Program-made: the position numbers and the translations under genes
Source of the DNA: Candidatus Nomurabacteria bacterium
Lineage (GTDB): Bacteria; Patescibacteriota; Minisyncoccia; Phycocordibacterales; UBA9973
Direction of reading: 5' to 3'
NCBI GenBank assembly: GCA_026395955.1
Contig: JAPLXR010000008.1
Location: forward strand, 5,179 to 69,178
Length of the DNA: 64,000 nucleotides
Part shown: positions 1 to 10,687 of the stretch, one piece after another
Layout of the letters: the number at the start of each line of letters is the position of its first letter
How positions within the stretch are numbered: the stretch's first letter is position 1
Notes under the pieces: generated by a model
Databases searched by the model: none
What the model was told of the DNA's origin: nothing
The model's input: the letters and a program-made list of their open reading frames with translations, nothing else

Positions 1-72
1 GTTCCATTTGTAATTTTTGAATTTAGAGTTCATTCTCCAGTTTTTCGTTCTTTTTCTGAACAAAATTTTAAT

Positions 73-297
73 TTGCTTATTGTTAGTATGAACGCGGGTC
101 TGCTTTTTATGTTCGTTTGTGCAGGCTTAGGTTTACTCTACTTACTTAATGCAAATTTTTCTGCAAATAAGTATTTTAAAATATTTATTATACTAACTGC
201 TTTTATTTCTTTATTAGTTAGTTTAATTTTTATATTTATGTCTCTTGCAGGAGGAACTACTAATTATGGATGTATTATTTTGCAACAATGTAATTAA
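73..297 (+). CDS. hypothetical small hydrophobic protein (doubtful)
   Basis: 74-aa ORF with 2 predicted TM segments, AT-rich. Lacks the ATP synthase c-subunit motifs (no ARQP motif, no carboxylate in helix 2). Confidence 0.25.
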   Translation: MLIVSMNAGLLFMFVCAGLGLLYLLNANFSANKYFKIFIILTAFISLLVSLIFIFMSLAGGTTNYGCIILQQCN

Positions 298-302
298 ATT
301 TT

Positions 303-1238
303 ATGGCATCAACAAAAGAAATCAAAAACCGAATAAAGAGTATCAAGAATACGAAAAAGATCACCAAGGCGATGGAGCTGGTGGCGGCTTCGAAGATGCG
401 TAGAGCGGTTGCGACGACGCTTGCTTCGCGTTCATATGCAGGATACTCTTGGGAACTTTTGACTTCTTTGAGTGGGAAACTCGATGAAGTAAAAAATGTA
501 TTTTTTGAATCTCCAAAAGACGGAAAAACTTTGATCGTCCTCATTACCTCAAACGGCTCCCTCTGCGGCGGCTACAATGCGCAAGCGATCAAGAAAGCGA
601 TGCAGCTTATTAAAGCCCCTCTCCTTAATAAGGAGAGGGGTGGGGGTGAGGTTCTTGTGGACTTTATCTCAATCGGCAAAAAAGGCGACCATGCGATGCG
701 AAAGATTGGGCAGAATATCATCGCCGCATTTACCGATTTGCCAGTAAATATTTCAATACAAAATGTAAATCCTATTTCAGCTCTGATTTTAAATGAATAC
801 AAAAAGGGAACATACAAAGAAGTCTTCGTCGTTTACACCGACTTCGTCTCGGCACTCACGCAAAAGCCGAATGTGAGAAAGTTGCTACCGATCTCCCGTG
901 AAGAACTCAAAGAGTTAATCGAGATCGAGAAGCAGGGAACCTCCCCTGATAAGGGGAGGCAGGAGGGGTTGTATTCTGAAATCCCTTATCTCATCGAAGG
1001 CGATGCGAACAAATTGATAGAAATGCTCGCCGAGAAATTGATCAGGATGCAAGTATACCAAATGCTCCTCGAATCTGGAGCTTCGGAACAGTCGGCCCGA
1101 ATGGTAGCCATGAAGAATGCGAGCGAGGCGGCAGGAGAAATGATCGACAACCTCACCCTCGTATTCAACAAAGCCCGCCAAGCCGGCATCACCCAAGAAA
1201 TTTCAGAAATCAGTGCAGGTATGGCTTCAGTAAGTTAG
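303..1238 (+). CDS. atpG: ATP synthase F1 gamma subunit
   Basis: N-terminus MASTKEIKNRIKSIKNTKKITKAMELVAASKMRRA and C-terminal helix are typical of gamma. 311 aa, about 20 aa longer than usual. GC-rich relative to flanking DNA. Confidence 0.9.
   Translation: MASTKEIKNRIKSIKNTKKITKAMELVAASKMRRAVATTLASRSYAGYSWELLTSLSGKLDEVKNVFFESPKDGKTLIVLITSNGSLCGGYNAQAIKKAMQLIKAPLLNKERGGGEVLVDFISIGKKGDHAMRKIGQNIIAAFTDLPVNISIQNVNPISALILNEYKKGTYKEVFVVYTDFVSALTQKPNVRKLLPISREELKELIEIEKQGTSPDKGRQEGLYSEIPYLIEGDANKLIEMLAEKLIRMQVYQMLLESGASEQSARMVAMKNASEAAGEMIDNLTLVFNKARQAGITQEISEISAGMASVS
616..640. repeat. GC-rich perfect palindrome (12-bp arms) inside atpG coding sequence
   Basis: cccctctcctta-a-taaggagagggg. Encodes APLLNKERGGG in-frame. 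Confidence 0.7.
940..959. repeat. GC-rich perfect palindrome (8-bp arms) inside atpG
   Basis: cctcccct-gata-aggggagg. Encodes TSPDKGRQ. Confidence 0.7.
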
Positions 1239-1263
1239 AAAGATTATAATTAATTAAAAATTT

Positions 1264-1662
1264 ATGGAAGAAAATATTACACAAAAAAATTCAAAATTTA
1301 AATCATTCATGACTGACCCATTGTATGTTTTTGTTATACAGATTGCTTTATTCATACCTATGATTTACTTTGTTATTGCGGGAGCATTTAGTGGAAATGG
1401 TACGCCAGCATATATTTTGGGAACAATAGAATCTATTCTTATTGTATGGGGGTTTATACTTTTTATTATGAATATAGTAAAAGGAACAACAAAAGTTGGA
1501 AAGAAAAATTATTTTGCTTCATTTATTTTATTAGCAACTTTTTGTTTAGGAATATGGAGTGTGGTAAATATGGTGCAATCAAATAAAAGAGCAGATGACT
1601 ATAATCAAAGACAAAGAGATATGGCCAGAGAAAGAGACGCAATTTATTATAAGAATCATTAA
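1264..1662 (+). CDS. hypothetical 3-4 TM membrane protein inserted between atpG and atpD
   Basis: 132-aa ORF with 3-4 hydrophobic helices. About 27% GC, contrasting with the flanking atp genes. An AtpI/AtpZ-like accessory role is possible but unsupported. Confidence 0.5.
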   Translation: MEENITQKNSKFKSFMTDPLYVFVIQIALFIPMIYFVIAGAFSGNGTPAYILGTIESILIVWGFILFIMNIVKGTTKVGKKNYFASFILLATFCLGIWSVVNMVQSNKRADDYNQRQRDMARERDAIYYKNH

Positions 1663-3021
<1,359 letters not shown>

Positions 3022-3029
3022 TTAAAAAT

Positions 3030-3569
3030 ATGGTTGATGAAATACCAAAAATTAATTTTACGAAAAAGGACATTAAACTTTTCCGAGAAAAAAGTGACAA
3101 GTCTTTAGACAAGTCAGTTTTCTCTTTGTCTGAAGAAATAGATAACACTGAATGGCCTTATGGAGAAAAAGTAATGTTTTTATTAGATGAAAGTAAAGAA
3201 CGTATTGGTCAAATTCAATTTAATTATCCAGAAGTAGATGCGAAAGAAAAACTTTTTAAGATAAGAATGATTGCTCTTGATGATAAGTTTAAAAATAAAG
3301 ATTTAGGTATTGTTCTTTATAAAAAACTTATAGATTTAGCAAAGGAAAAAGGTTTTAAAGGAATCAAGAGTGATAATAGTGTTGGTACTGCAGCAAGTGC
3401 GAATTGGAAAAAATTAGCTGATGAAGGGTATGAGTTGATAGTTAATCTTAAAGTTATTGAAAAATATGAAGAGTTTATAAAGACTTATGATGAAGGAAAA
3501 TATTTTATAGGAGGGTTTCAAGTTCCAAAAGAAGAAAGTGTTTTTGAAATAGATTTAAATAAAAAATAA
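3030..3569 (+). CDS. hypothetical protein, possible GNAT-like fold
   Basis: 179-aa AT-rich ORF between atpD and atpC. Weak GNAT-like pattern (KDLGIVLYKKLIDLAKEKGFKGI ... ANWKKLADEGYE). The assignment is tentative. Confidence 0.4.
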   Translation: MVDEIPKINFTKKDIKLFREKSDKSLDKSVFSLSEEIDNTEWPYGEKVMFLLDESKERIGQIQFNYPEVDAKEKLFKIRMIALDDKFKNKDLGIVLYKKLIDLAKEKGFKGIKSDNSVGTAASANWKKLADEGYELIVNLKVIEKYEEFIKTYDEGKYFIGGFQVPKEESVFEIDLNKK

Positions 3570-3570
3570 T

Positions 3571-4014
3571 ATGGCAAAACAATTAAAACTAAAAATAGTC
3601 ACCCCGGAAAAGCTCGTATTAGAAGAGCTTGTTGAGAGCGTGACGTTGCCGACGCTGGAAGGGGAGATCACGATCTTGCCCGAGCACGTGCCGATAATCG
3701 CAGGCCTCAAATCCGGCGATATTGTGGCTCTCGCAAACGGCGAACATATTCCGTATGCAGTCGTTGGGGGTTTTGTGGAAGTAAAAAAGGAGGACGGCAT
3801 GACAACTGTCGCCATCCTTGCCGACTTTGCAGAACACATTGCCGACATCACCGATGAAGCAATCGAGAAAGCAAAAGCCCGCGCAGCAGAGCTCCAGAAA
3901 CTCGCCGAGAACAAAGAAGTCGTAGACTTCGAACACTTTGCAACAGAGCTCGACCGCTCCCTCACTCGCGTCAAAATCGCGGATAAGTGGAAGACTAGAA
4001 AATATAGGAAGTAA
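3571..4014 (+). CDS. atpC: ATP synthase F1 epsilon subunit
   Basis: MAKQLKLKIVTPEK...LPEH...GGF motif typical of epsilon. GC-rich. Confidence 0.9.
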   Translation: MAKQLKLKIVTPEKLVLEELVESVTLPTLEGEITILPEHVPIIAGLKSGDIVALANGEHIPYAVVGGFVEVKKEDGMTTVAILADFAEHIADITDEAIEKAKARAAELQKLAENKEVVDFEHFATELDRSLTRVKIADKWKTRKYRK

Positions 4015-4095
4015 AAATAAGCTAAGCTTCTTTTGGCTGCACTCGAACGATATAAAAATAAATTTTTACTCGCTTCTCATTTGTCAAAATAAAAA

Positions 4096-4129
4096 AACCG
4101 CTCTAATACTTTATGTATTTCGAGCGGTT
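4096..4129 (-). terminator. intrinsic terminator hairpin between convergent atpC and lipoprotein gene
   Basis: aaccgctc/gagcggtt stem with an extended inner stem. A U-tract follows on the minus strand; the plus-strand side is weak. Confidence 0.5.
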
Positions 4130-4151
4130 GTGTGAGCTGGGTTAAGACTCA

Positions 4152-4742
4152 CTAGTCTTTTGGATAATACCTAGTCAGGCTAATGTTGTTGTTTGGTAGA
4201 ACAAATTTTCCATTTCCTATACCTAAGGAAACAATAATAACTTTAGTATTATTTTCACCATTTTTAGAATATTCCGTGATTCTTTTTATCATGGTAACAT
4301 TTTCTGTTTCTTCTAAATAGATTCCATTTAAATGAAATCTATAAGCAGTTAATTTTTTAGTTTTTCTATTTTCTAATAGAACAGCAACACCAGAACGATG
4401 CCTACTCATTCCATAAACAGAAAAGGCGATATTATGATCAGTACCTTTTGCATATCCATAATCTGGGCCATCATTTTGATAAAACCCAAATTTTTCTCCT
4501 TGTAAGTCTTGACCCTTTTGCATACTTAAGTAAATTATTATTTTTTGAATAATTTCAGTTGAATAACTTCCACTGTCTTTTTTTAAACAATTATCTTTCC
4601 AGATAAATGTTCCATCTGTGATGGAAAAAGTTAAATCAGTTTTTTTGTTTACATTTGGATTGTCTTGAATAACAATCTCTTTTCTGTTGCATGCACTTAA
4701 TGTTGCAAAGGTGATCAATATCACCAATATTTTTTTCTTCAT
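4152..4742 (-). CDS. lipoprotein, unknown function
   Basis: Signal peptide plus lipobox (LSAC). 196 aa. Confidence 0.6.
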   Translation of the reverse strand: MKKKILVILITFATLSACNRKEIVIQDNPNVNKKTDLTFSITDGTFIWKDNCLKKDSGSYSTEIIQKIIIYLSMQKGQDLQGEKFGFYQNDGPDYGYAKGTDHNIAFSVYGMSRHRSGVAVLLENRKTKKLTAYRFHLNGIYLEETENVTMIKRITEYSKNGENNTKVIIVSLGIGNGKFVLPNNNISLTRYYPKD

Positions 4743-4838
4743 TTTTAAAGTTCTAAATTGTTTTTGTTTATTTAAATATTAACATATTGTATTAAAAAGT
4801 CAATAATAAAAGAAAAGCTTTTTTGCTATAATCAACAA

Positions 4839-5513
4839 ATGAGTAATTTTTATGTTATAGCGACACCGATAGGTAATATGGAAGACATCACACTTCGCGC
4901 TATTCGTATTCTCGGCGAAGTAGATTTGATTTTGTGTGAAGACACTCGTATGACACAAAAGATTCTAAATAAATATGAAATAAAAAAGGCGACAATGAGT
5001 TATCATGCACAGAGCAAGATCGGTAAGACTGATAAAATATTTGAATTACTTGAAGAAGGAAAAAATATTGCTTTAGTTTCAGATGCAGGCACACCAGGGA
5101 TTTCAGATCCGGGAGCTTTGCTCGTGTCTCAAATAAAAGAAAAGTTTGGTGATAATGTAAATGTTATTCCGATTCCTGGGGCATCAGCAATCATCACAGC
5201 ACTTTCTGCTTGTGGACTTCCAATACATGAATTCACTTTCTTAGGATTTCTTCCGCATAAAAAGGGAAGGGAAACATTGTTTAAGGAAATAGCAGAATCA
5301 GAGAGGACTATAGCTTTCTATGAATCTTCACATCGCATACTTAAAACTCTCGAAGCTTTGGTAAAATTTACACCAAATAAAAAAGTCTGCGTAGCTCGAG
5401 AAATTACTAAAATTTATGAAGAATTTAAAACAGGAACTCCAGCAGAATTGCTCGAATATTACACAAAAAATACAGTAAAACAAAAAGGTGAATTTGTTGT
5501 AATAGTCGCTTAA
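4839..5513 (+). CDS. rsmI: 16S rRNA (cytidine1402-2'-O)-methyltransferase (tetrapyrrole-methylase fold)
   Basis: N-terminus MSNFYVIATPIGNMEDITLRAIRILGEVDLILCEDTR is characteristic of RsmI. Confidence 0.85.
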   Translation: MSNFYVIATPIGNMEDITLRAIRILGEVDLILCEDTRMTQKILNKYEIKKATMSYHAQSKIGKTDKIFELLEEGKNIALVSDAGTPGISDPGALLVSQIKEKFGDNVNVIPIPGASAIITALSACGLPIHEFTFLGFLPHKKGRETLFKEIAESERTIAFYESSHRILKTLEALVKFTPNKKVCVAREITKIYEEFKTGTPAELLEYYTKNTVKQKGEFVVIVA

Positions 5514-5532
5514 TTTGGTATAATAGAAACAT

Positions 5533-5778
5533 ATGAAAAAAGCACGAACATTTTTAATTATAGGTATATGGGTGGCGATATTGCCATACCTCGGTTTTCC
5601 ATATAGTTGGAAACAAATCATTTCTACTCTTACAGGTTTAGGTATAATGTATTTCGCATATATGATTTACAAGAAAGAAAAACTCGATATGAAAAATGTA
5701 GAATCAGCTAATTTTGATACTTCTTCTGAATATCGAAATGATGATTATGCTCAAGATAATTTTAGACCTAGAATTTAG
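5533..5778 (+). CDS. small membrane protein
   Basis: 81 aa, 2 TM. Confidence 0.4.
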   Translation: MKKARTFLIIGIWVAILPYLGFPYSWKQIISTLTGLGIMYFAYMIYKKEKLDMKNVESANFDTSSEYRNDDYAQDNFRPRI

Positions 5779-6996
5779 ATGATAAAAAAATTCTTGAATC
5801 AAAAACAAAATCCTTATGTAATACTAGCCGTAGTAGGATTTTTTATATTAGGAATTTTAATAGGTCAAAGTAAAACTCCGGAGATAGATAAAGTTGATAT
5901 AAAAAATAAAGAAGTTTCTGTAGATACTCGTGCTGATTTTGCACCTTTTTGGAAAGCTTGGAATACTATTAATGAAAAAAATCCTGATGCTAAAAAAATT
6001 TCAGATCAAGATAAAATATATGGAGCGATAAAAGGTTTAGCCGGTTCTTTAGATGATCCATATACTACTTTTTTTAGTCCAGATGAAGCTAAGCTTTTTG
6101 AAGACGATATTGCTGGATCTTTTTCTGGTATTGGAATGGAAGTAGGTATTAAAGATAAAATACTTACAGCTATTTCTGCTCTTAAGGATACACCTTCATA
6201 TAAAGCGGGAATAAAACCAGGAGATAAAATTTTAAAAATTGATAAAAAAATTACAACTGATTTAACGATCGAGCAAGCAGTCAAATTAATTCGTGGAGAA
6301 AAAGGTACACCTGTGAGTATAACTATTTTCCGTGAAGGAGAAAAAGAACCACGAGAAATAAAAATGATTCGTGACACTATCAATGCTCCTACGATAGACA
6401 CAGAAATGCGTAAAGATGGAATTTTTGTTATTACTTTGTATAGTTTTTCTGCAAACTCTGCTCAGCTTTTCCGTGATGCTTTGAAAAAATTTGCTGATTC
6501 AGGAAGTTATAAATTAGTTTTTGATTTACGTGGTAATCCAGGAGGATATTTAGATGCGGCTATTGATATGGCTAGTTTCTTTTTACCTGCTGATCAAAGA
6601 GTTGTTACAGAAGATTATGGTGGAAATAAAAAACCGAATATTTATTTTAGTAAAGGTTATAATGTTTTCAATGACAAATTAAGATTTGTTGTGTTGATAG
6701 ATGGTGGTTCTGCTTCTGCTTCTGAAATTTTCGCAGGTGCAATGCAAGACAACCATAGAGCAAAATTAGTAGGAGAGCAGAGTTATGGAAAAGGATCTGT
6801 TCAAGAAGTTATTAGTTTAACTCCAGATACTGTACTCAAGGTCACTGTTGCAAAATGGTTAACTCCAAATGGAACTTCAATTTCTAAAAAAGGACTTACC
6901 CCAGACTATATAGTACCTTTTACTATTAAAGATGCTAAGGCAAAAATAGACCCACAAATGAATAAAGCCGCCCTATTGTTAAATAATTGGAAATAA
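5779..6996 (+). CDS. ctpA: C-terminal processing peptidase S41 with PDZ domain
   Basis: N-terminal TM. PDZ segment (GIKPGDKILKIDKK). S41 core with catalytic Ser in GGSASASEIFAGAMQD...KGSVQ. Confidence 0.85.
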   Translation: MIKKFLNQKQNPYVILAVVGFFILGILIGQSKTPEIDKVDIKNKEVSVDTRADFAPFWKAWNTINEKNPDAKKISDQDKIYGAIKGLAGSLDDPYTTFFSPDEAKLFEDDIAGSFSGIGMEVGIKDKILTAISALKDTPSYKAGIKPGDKILKIDKKITTDLTIEQAVKLIRGEKGTPVSITIFREGEKEPREIKMIRDTINAPTIDTEMRKDGIFVITLYSFSANSAQLFRDALKKFADSGSYKLVFDLRGNPGGYLDAAIDMASFFLPADQRVVTEDYGGNKKPNIYFSKGYNVFNDKLRFVVLIDGGSASASEIFAGAMQDNHRAKLVGEQSYGKGSVQEVISLTPDTVLKVTVAKWLTPNGTSISKKGLTPDYIVPFTIKDAKAKIDPQMNKAALLLNNWK

Positions 6997-7010
6997 TCTA
7001 ATATAAAAAT

Positions 7011-7454
7011 ATGAAAGTAATATTCTTAAAAGACGTACCACGAGTAGGACGCAGAAATGATGTTAAAGATGTAAATGATGGTTACGCTAGTAATTTCTTG
7101 TTCCCAAAGAAATTCGCAGAACCAGCGACACCTAAAGCATTAGCTCAATTAGAAGCAAAGAAAAATTCAGTGCTTTTAGATAATAAAATTCAAGAAGAAT
7201 TGATATTGAAGAGTTTGGCTGATATAAAGAATATTGTTGTAAATATTTCAGGTAAAGCTAATGACAAGGGTCATTTATTTTCTGCAATTCATAAAAAAGA
7301 AATAATTGAATCACTAAAAACAAATCATAAAGCAGAAATTACCGAAGATTTTATTGTCCTAGATAAACCACTAAAAGAAGTAGGGGAGTTTGAAATTGGA
7401 GTTGAAATAAAACATCATAAATCTAGTTTCAAGGTAATAATCACAAAAGCTTAA
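7011..7454 (+). CDS. rplI: 50S ribosomal protein L9
   Basis: MKVIFLKDVPRVGRRNDVKDVNDGYASNFLFP matches the L9 N-domain. Confidence 0.9.
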   Translation: MKVIFLKDVPRVGRRNDVKDVNDGYASNFLFPKKFAEPATPKALAQLEAKKNSVLLDNKIQEELILKSLADIKNIVVNISGKANDKGHLFSAIHKKEIIESLKTNHKAEITEDFIVLDKPLKEVGEFEIGVEIKHHKSSFKVIITKA

Positions 7455-7523
7455 TTTTGACAAATAGGTCTAAGATGTGCTAAACTATGAGGAGTTTAGT
7501 TTTTTACAATTTAATTTTAATAA

Positions 7524-7952
7524 ATGAAAAAAGAAGACATAGAAACGATAGCAACAGTTATTTTTTGCAGTAATTCAAAGAAGTACTTTCAAAGTATTGT
7601 TAATTATTTGGAATATAAAAATTTTCCATTTAAAATTATCACAACAAACAATGCAGATAATGCGTTGTGTGCTGTGCCAGAAAATGAAAAATGTATTTTA
7701 TTAACAGAAGCATTAATTCCTGGAAAAATTCCTGTAAAAAGGGGAACAGATAGAGTTTTAAATTTAGCTAAAAATGCTAAGTCAAAAAATATTAATTGTT
7801 TTTTGATACTTTATACTGTGGCCCCAGGATTGATTGAAAAGGATGAAGTTCATTTATTTGATGAAATTTTTGATATTAAATCAAAAGATTCATGTAGTAT
7901 AGTAAAACAAAAATTTTTAGAGTTTTCTCAGCAGGCAATCTTGTTGAAGTAA
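7524..7952 (+). CDS. hypothetical protein
   Basis: 142-aa ORF. A weak receiver-like alpha/beta pattern was noted; it is not diagnostic. Confidence 0.45.
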   Translation: MKKEDIETIATVIFCSNSKKYFQSIVNYLEYKNFPFKIITTNNADNALCAVPENEKCILLTEALIPGKIPVKRGTDRVLNLAKNAKSKNINCFLILYTVAPGLIEKDEVHLFDEIFDIKSKDSCSIVKQKFLEFSQQAILLK

Positions 7953-7960
7953 AACAAAAA

Positions 7961-7986
7961 GTCCCGAAATTAATCGGGACTTTTTT
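7961..7986. terminator. bidirectional intrinsic terminator
   Basis: gtcccga-aattaa-tcgggac followed by T6. An A-run upstream would serve the minus-strand rpmA. Confidence 0.6.
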
Positions 7987-7999
7987 ATTTGTATTTTAT

Positions 8000-8272
8000 T
8001 TAGATTACGTTTACAACTTTCTTTACTGCAGTTTTTCCGTTGAATGAAGTTTTGCGTGTGCGTCCGAATTTTACCGTACCGTCTTTGAGAGCGAAGAGAG
8101 TGTGATCTTTACCCATTGATACATTTGTACCAGCGAGGATAACTGTACCTCTTTGGCGGATAATTATAGATCCTGCTTGAGCTTTTTCACCATCATAAAG
8201 CTTCGTACCGAGGTACTGTGGATTAGAGTCTTTTAAGTTGGAGGCGGTTCCGCCGGCTTTTCTATGTGCCAT
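8000..8272 (-). CDS. rpmA: 50S ribosomal protein L27
   Basis: [29 protein letters not shown] is an L27 signature. Confidence 0.9.
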   Translation of the reverse strand: MAHRKAGGTASNLKDSNPQYLGTKLYDGEKAQAGSIIIRQRGTVILAGTNVSMGKDHTLFALKDGTVKFGRTRKTSFNGKTAVKKVVNVI

Positions 8273-8291
8273 TGCTTTATTTTTTAATTAA

Positions 8292-8753
8292 ATGATAAAA
8301 TATTCGTATAGGAAGAGTATAAACCATCTTATGGAAAAAATCAAGTCTTTTATTGACGATAAAATACTAAGTGAAAAGGGAAAAGACATTCTCATAATTT
8401 TAATCGTTGTTTTAGTTGGTTTAGGCTCATTTATACTAGGTAGACTATCAAATAAGGCTCAAAATGGTCAATTTAAGGTCGAAAATAGCTCAAATCAGGC
8501 AAATGCTCTAAATGGCCTAGAAAATGCTCAAAATAGCCAAAATGAGCCAAATATAGCTCAAAAAAGTACTATAAATACAGTTATAAATAATTCTAATAAA
8601 TCTGGAAATTTTTTCGCATCCAGTCGGGGGAAGAAGTATTATCCAGTTGGTTGTTCTGCTGGTAATACTATCAAGGAATCAAATAAAATATATTTTAACA
8701 CTGGGGAAGAGGCTCAAAGTGCTGGTTATGAGCTTTCTAGTAGCTGTCATTAG
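8292..8753 (+). CDS. membrane-anchored protein with low-complexity N/Q-rich linker and C-terminal Cys-containing ~40-aa module
   Basis: TM at residues ~33-50. NSQNEPN-type low complexity. C-terminus KKYYPVGCSAGNTIKESNKIYFNTGEEAQSAGYELSSSC. Confidence 0.5.
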   Translation: MIKYSYRKSINHLMEKIKSFIDDKILSEKGKDILIILIVVLVGLGSFILGRLSNKAQNGQFKVENSSNQANALNGLENAQNSQNEPNIAQKSTINTVINNSNKSGNFFASSRGKKYYPVGCSAGNTIKESNKIYFNTGEEAQSAGYELSSSCH

Positions 8754-8888
8754 AATAGGTACTACGTCGCACAATATATCTTTTCGGTATGGTATATACT
8801 ATAAAGATAAGTAAAATAAGGCTTGATAAATTGGTTCTTCTGATATAGTATTCAATTAAACAAAGTTCTAATTTAATTAAATATTATT

Positions 8889-9722
8889 ATGAAAAGAAAT
8901 GCTCAACGTCAAAGAGATGCAGTAATAGCTGCTGATGAATTAAGAAATAAATTTAATTTAAAAAAAGATTCAAATCCAATTGGTATTATTTTGGGTACTG
9001 GTTGGGGTGATAAATTGATTCTTGATAATCCATCTACCCCTGTCCCCTTTAAAGATGTTTTTGGGTTAAAGCACTTAACTCCTGGACCTGAGGGTCATAA
9101 AAGAGAATTCCAACATGGATTTATTGAAGACAAAGAAATTTTAGTTTTAAATGGAAGAATTCATTTAAATGAAGATCCAACAGATTCAAATATTCCTAAA
9201 TTGGCAAGATTGCAAGTTGAAATTCTAATGCAATTAGGAGTAAAGAAATTAATTGTTACTTGTGCTGCTGGTGCATTACCTGAAAGTGGTTTTGAAACTG
9301 GAGAATTAGCTATTATTGATAGCTTTATGAGTTTATTGGGTCCACCAATGCCTTTATGGGCTGGTGAATTTGTTTCTCCAGAAGATATTTTATCTGAAGA
9401 ATTAATTCAAATTGCACTAAAACAAACTGTTACATACGGTCCAATAAAAAAAGCGTGTTATGCAATGTTGCTCGGTCCTGATTTTGAAGGTCGCAAAAAA
9501 GACAAACAAGCATTAAGAATGCTCGGAGCTGATATTGTCGGCATGAGCGTTAGACCCGAGACGTGTATTGCAGCTTTGTATCCTGATACACAAGTATTAG
9601 CCGTAGCTTTTATCTCTAATGATTCAATTGAAACTCATTCTCACGAAGAGAATATGAAAAGAGCAAATGAATCATCTGAAAAACTTGGAGTGTTTCTAAA
9701 AAATATAATGAAAGAAATATAA
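8889..9722 (+). CDS. purine nucleoside phosphorylase / MTAP family (PNP family I)
   Basis: IILGTGWGD, GRIHLNED (cf. GRFHYYEG) and VGMSVRPE (cf. GMSTVPE). Confidence 0.75.
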   Translation: MKRNAQRQRDAVIAADELRNKFNLKKDSNPIGIILGTGWGDKLILDNPSTPVPFKDVFGLKHLTPGPEGHKREFQHGFIEDKEILVLNGRIHLNEDPTDSNIPKLARLQVEILMQLGVKKLIVTCAAGALPESGFETGELAIIDSFMSLLGPPMPLWAGEFVSPEDILSEELIQIALKQTVTYGPIKKACYAMLLGPDFEGRKKDKQALRMLGADIVGMSVRPETCIAALYPDTQVLAVAFISNDSIETHSHEENMKRANESSEKLGVFLKNIMKEI

Positions 9723-9730
9723 AAAAATAA

Positions 9731-9752
9731 GAAGTCCGAAAGGACTTCTTTT
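9731..9752. terminator. bidirectional terminator between convergent genes
   Basis: gaagtcc-gaaa-ggacttc plus T4. Flanked by an A-run on the other side. Confidence 0.6.
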
Positions 9753-10368
9753 AATTTTTATATTCGGTTATTTTACCCATCTCTATTTCTATTTTGTCAG
9801 CCTTACGAAGATTTTTTATTTTATTAGGTAAAATATTAAAATGTTTACTTTTATTTAATTCCCTATCAATCATCCATAAATCTTTTTCATAATTAATCCA
9901 ATCAGTCTTTATTTTATTTAAATTTAAAATTTCTGAATATTTACGAAGAGTTTTTGTTCCATTATTTAAAAAATATTCATGAAAATAAGACATTACAAGC
10001 TCACGTATATCTCTATATATTGGTTCACGATACCTCAAAACCCCATGATTGGTCTTTGATAATGCGCCCCAATATCCATTTTCTTTGAATGGAGCTATAA
10101 CATGATCACTATCATAATCTTTCTTATTTTTAGTTGATTGTAAATACAAAAGTAATGGTTCATAACTATGCAAAGATAATATATATGCACCAAGCAGTGC
10201 ACCTTCAAAACAATGAGCATTATTTTCTCTTAATGTTCGAATTGGAGATTTTATTGTATCTATTTTATTTTTTTCAAAATTAAAAGGAATAGAATTTAAA
10301 AAATCTTGTACTTTTGCTGGAGTATTTAATTTTTTTAATAAACTTATTTCTTTTTTTGTGAAAGACAT
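9751..10368 (-). CDS. hypothetical protein with putative Cys-His-Asp (transglutaminase/NAT-like fold) motifs
   Basis: AHCFEGALLGAYIL, then SDHVIAPF, then a downstream Asp. Tentative. Confidence 0.45.
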   Translation of the reverse strand: MSFTKKEISLLKKLNTPAKVQDFLNSIPFNFEKNKIDTIKSPIRTLRENNAHCFEGALLGAYILSLHSYEPLLLYLQSTKNKKDYDSDHVIAPFKENGYWGALSKTNHGVLRYREPIYRDIRELVMSYFHEYFLNNGTKTLRKYSEILNLNKIKTDWINYEKDLWMIDRELNKSKHFNILPNKIKNLRKADKIEIEMGKITEYKN

Positions 10369-10369
10369 T

Positions 10370-10678
10370 TTAGTGTATCTGTAGAGGTACTGTTAAATTT
10401 TGGCCAACTTCGTTAAAAATTGTTGGTTGTCCATCATGAATTTTTTGCATATTTTCTAAAAAAGCATTCCAAAAAAAATTAACAGGATGTTGCAAATATT
10501 GATTCCAAAAATTAATTAATGAAGTTTGTATTTGATGATAAGTATTTATTACTTGATCATTAATAAAAATAGCTTGTAGGTCTATATGTAAGTATTCTTT
10601 TAAAATAACAAAAATAAATATAGCGAGAACTATCGCGCCCAATATACTGACAGCACCTTTTTTGTATTTATTTTTCAT
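10370..10678 (-). CDS. small membrane protein
   Basis: 102 aa, one N-terminal TM. Confidence 0.45.
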   Translation of the reverse strand: MKNKYKKGAVSILGAIVLAIFIFVILKEYLHIDLQAIFINDQVINTYHQIQTSLINFWNQYLQHPVNFFWNAFLENMQKIHDGQPTIFNEVGQNLTVPLQIH

Positions 10679-10687
10679 TAAATTATT

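Noticed and set aside
73-297. Small hydrophobic ORF upstream of atpG as ATP synthase subunit c (atpE).
   Set aside because: It lacks the GxGxGxG/ARQP loop and the essential carboxylate in helix 2. It is AT-rich, unlike the atp genes.
275-1196. Antisense ORFs inside atpG (275-544, 572-817, 915-1196, 986-1192), and similar antisense or overlapping ORFs inside atpD, dnaK, leuS and other genes.
   Set aside because: They lie entirely within strongly supported genes on the opposite strand or in another frame and have no recognisable motifs. This is typical of spurious six-frame ORFs.
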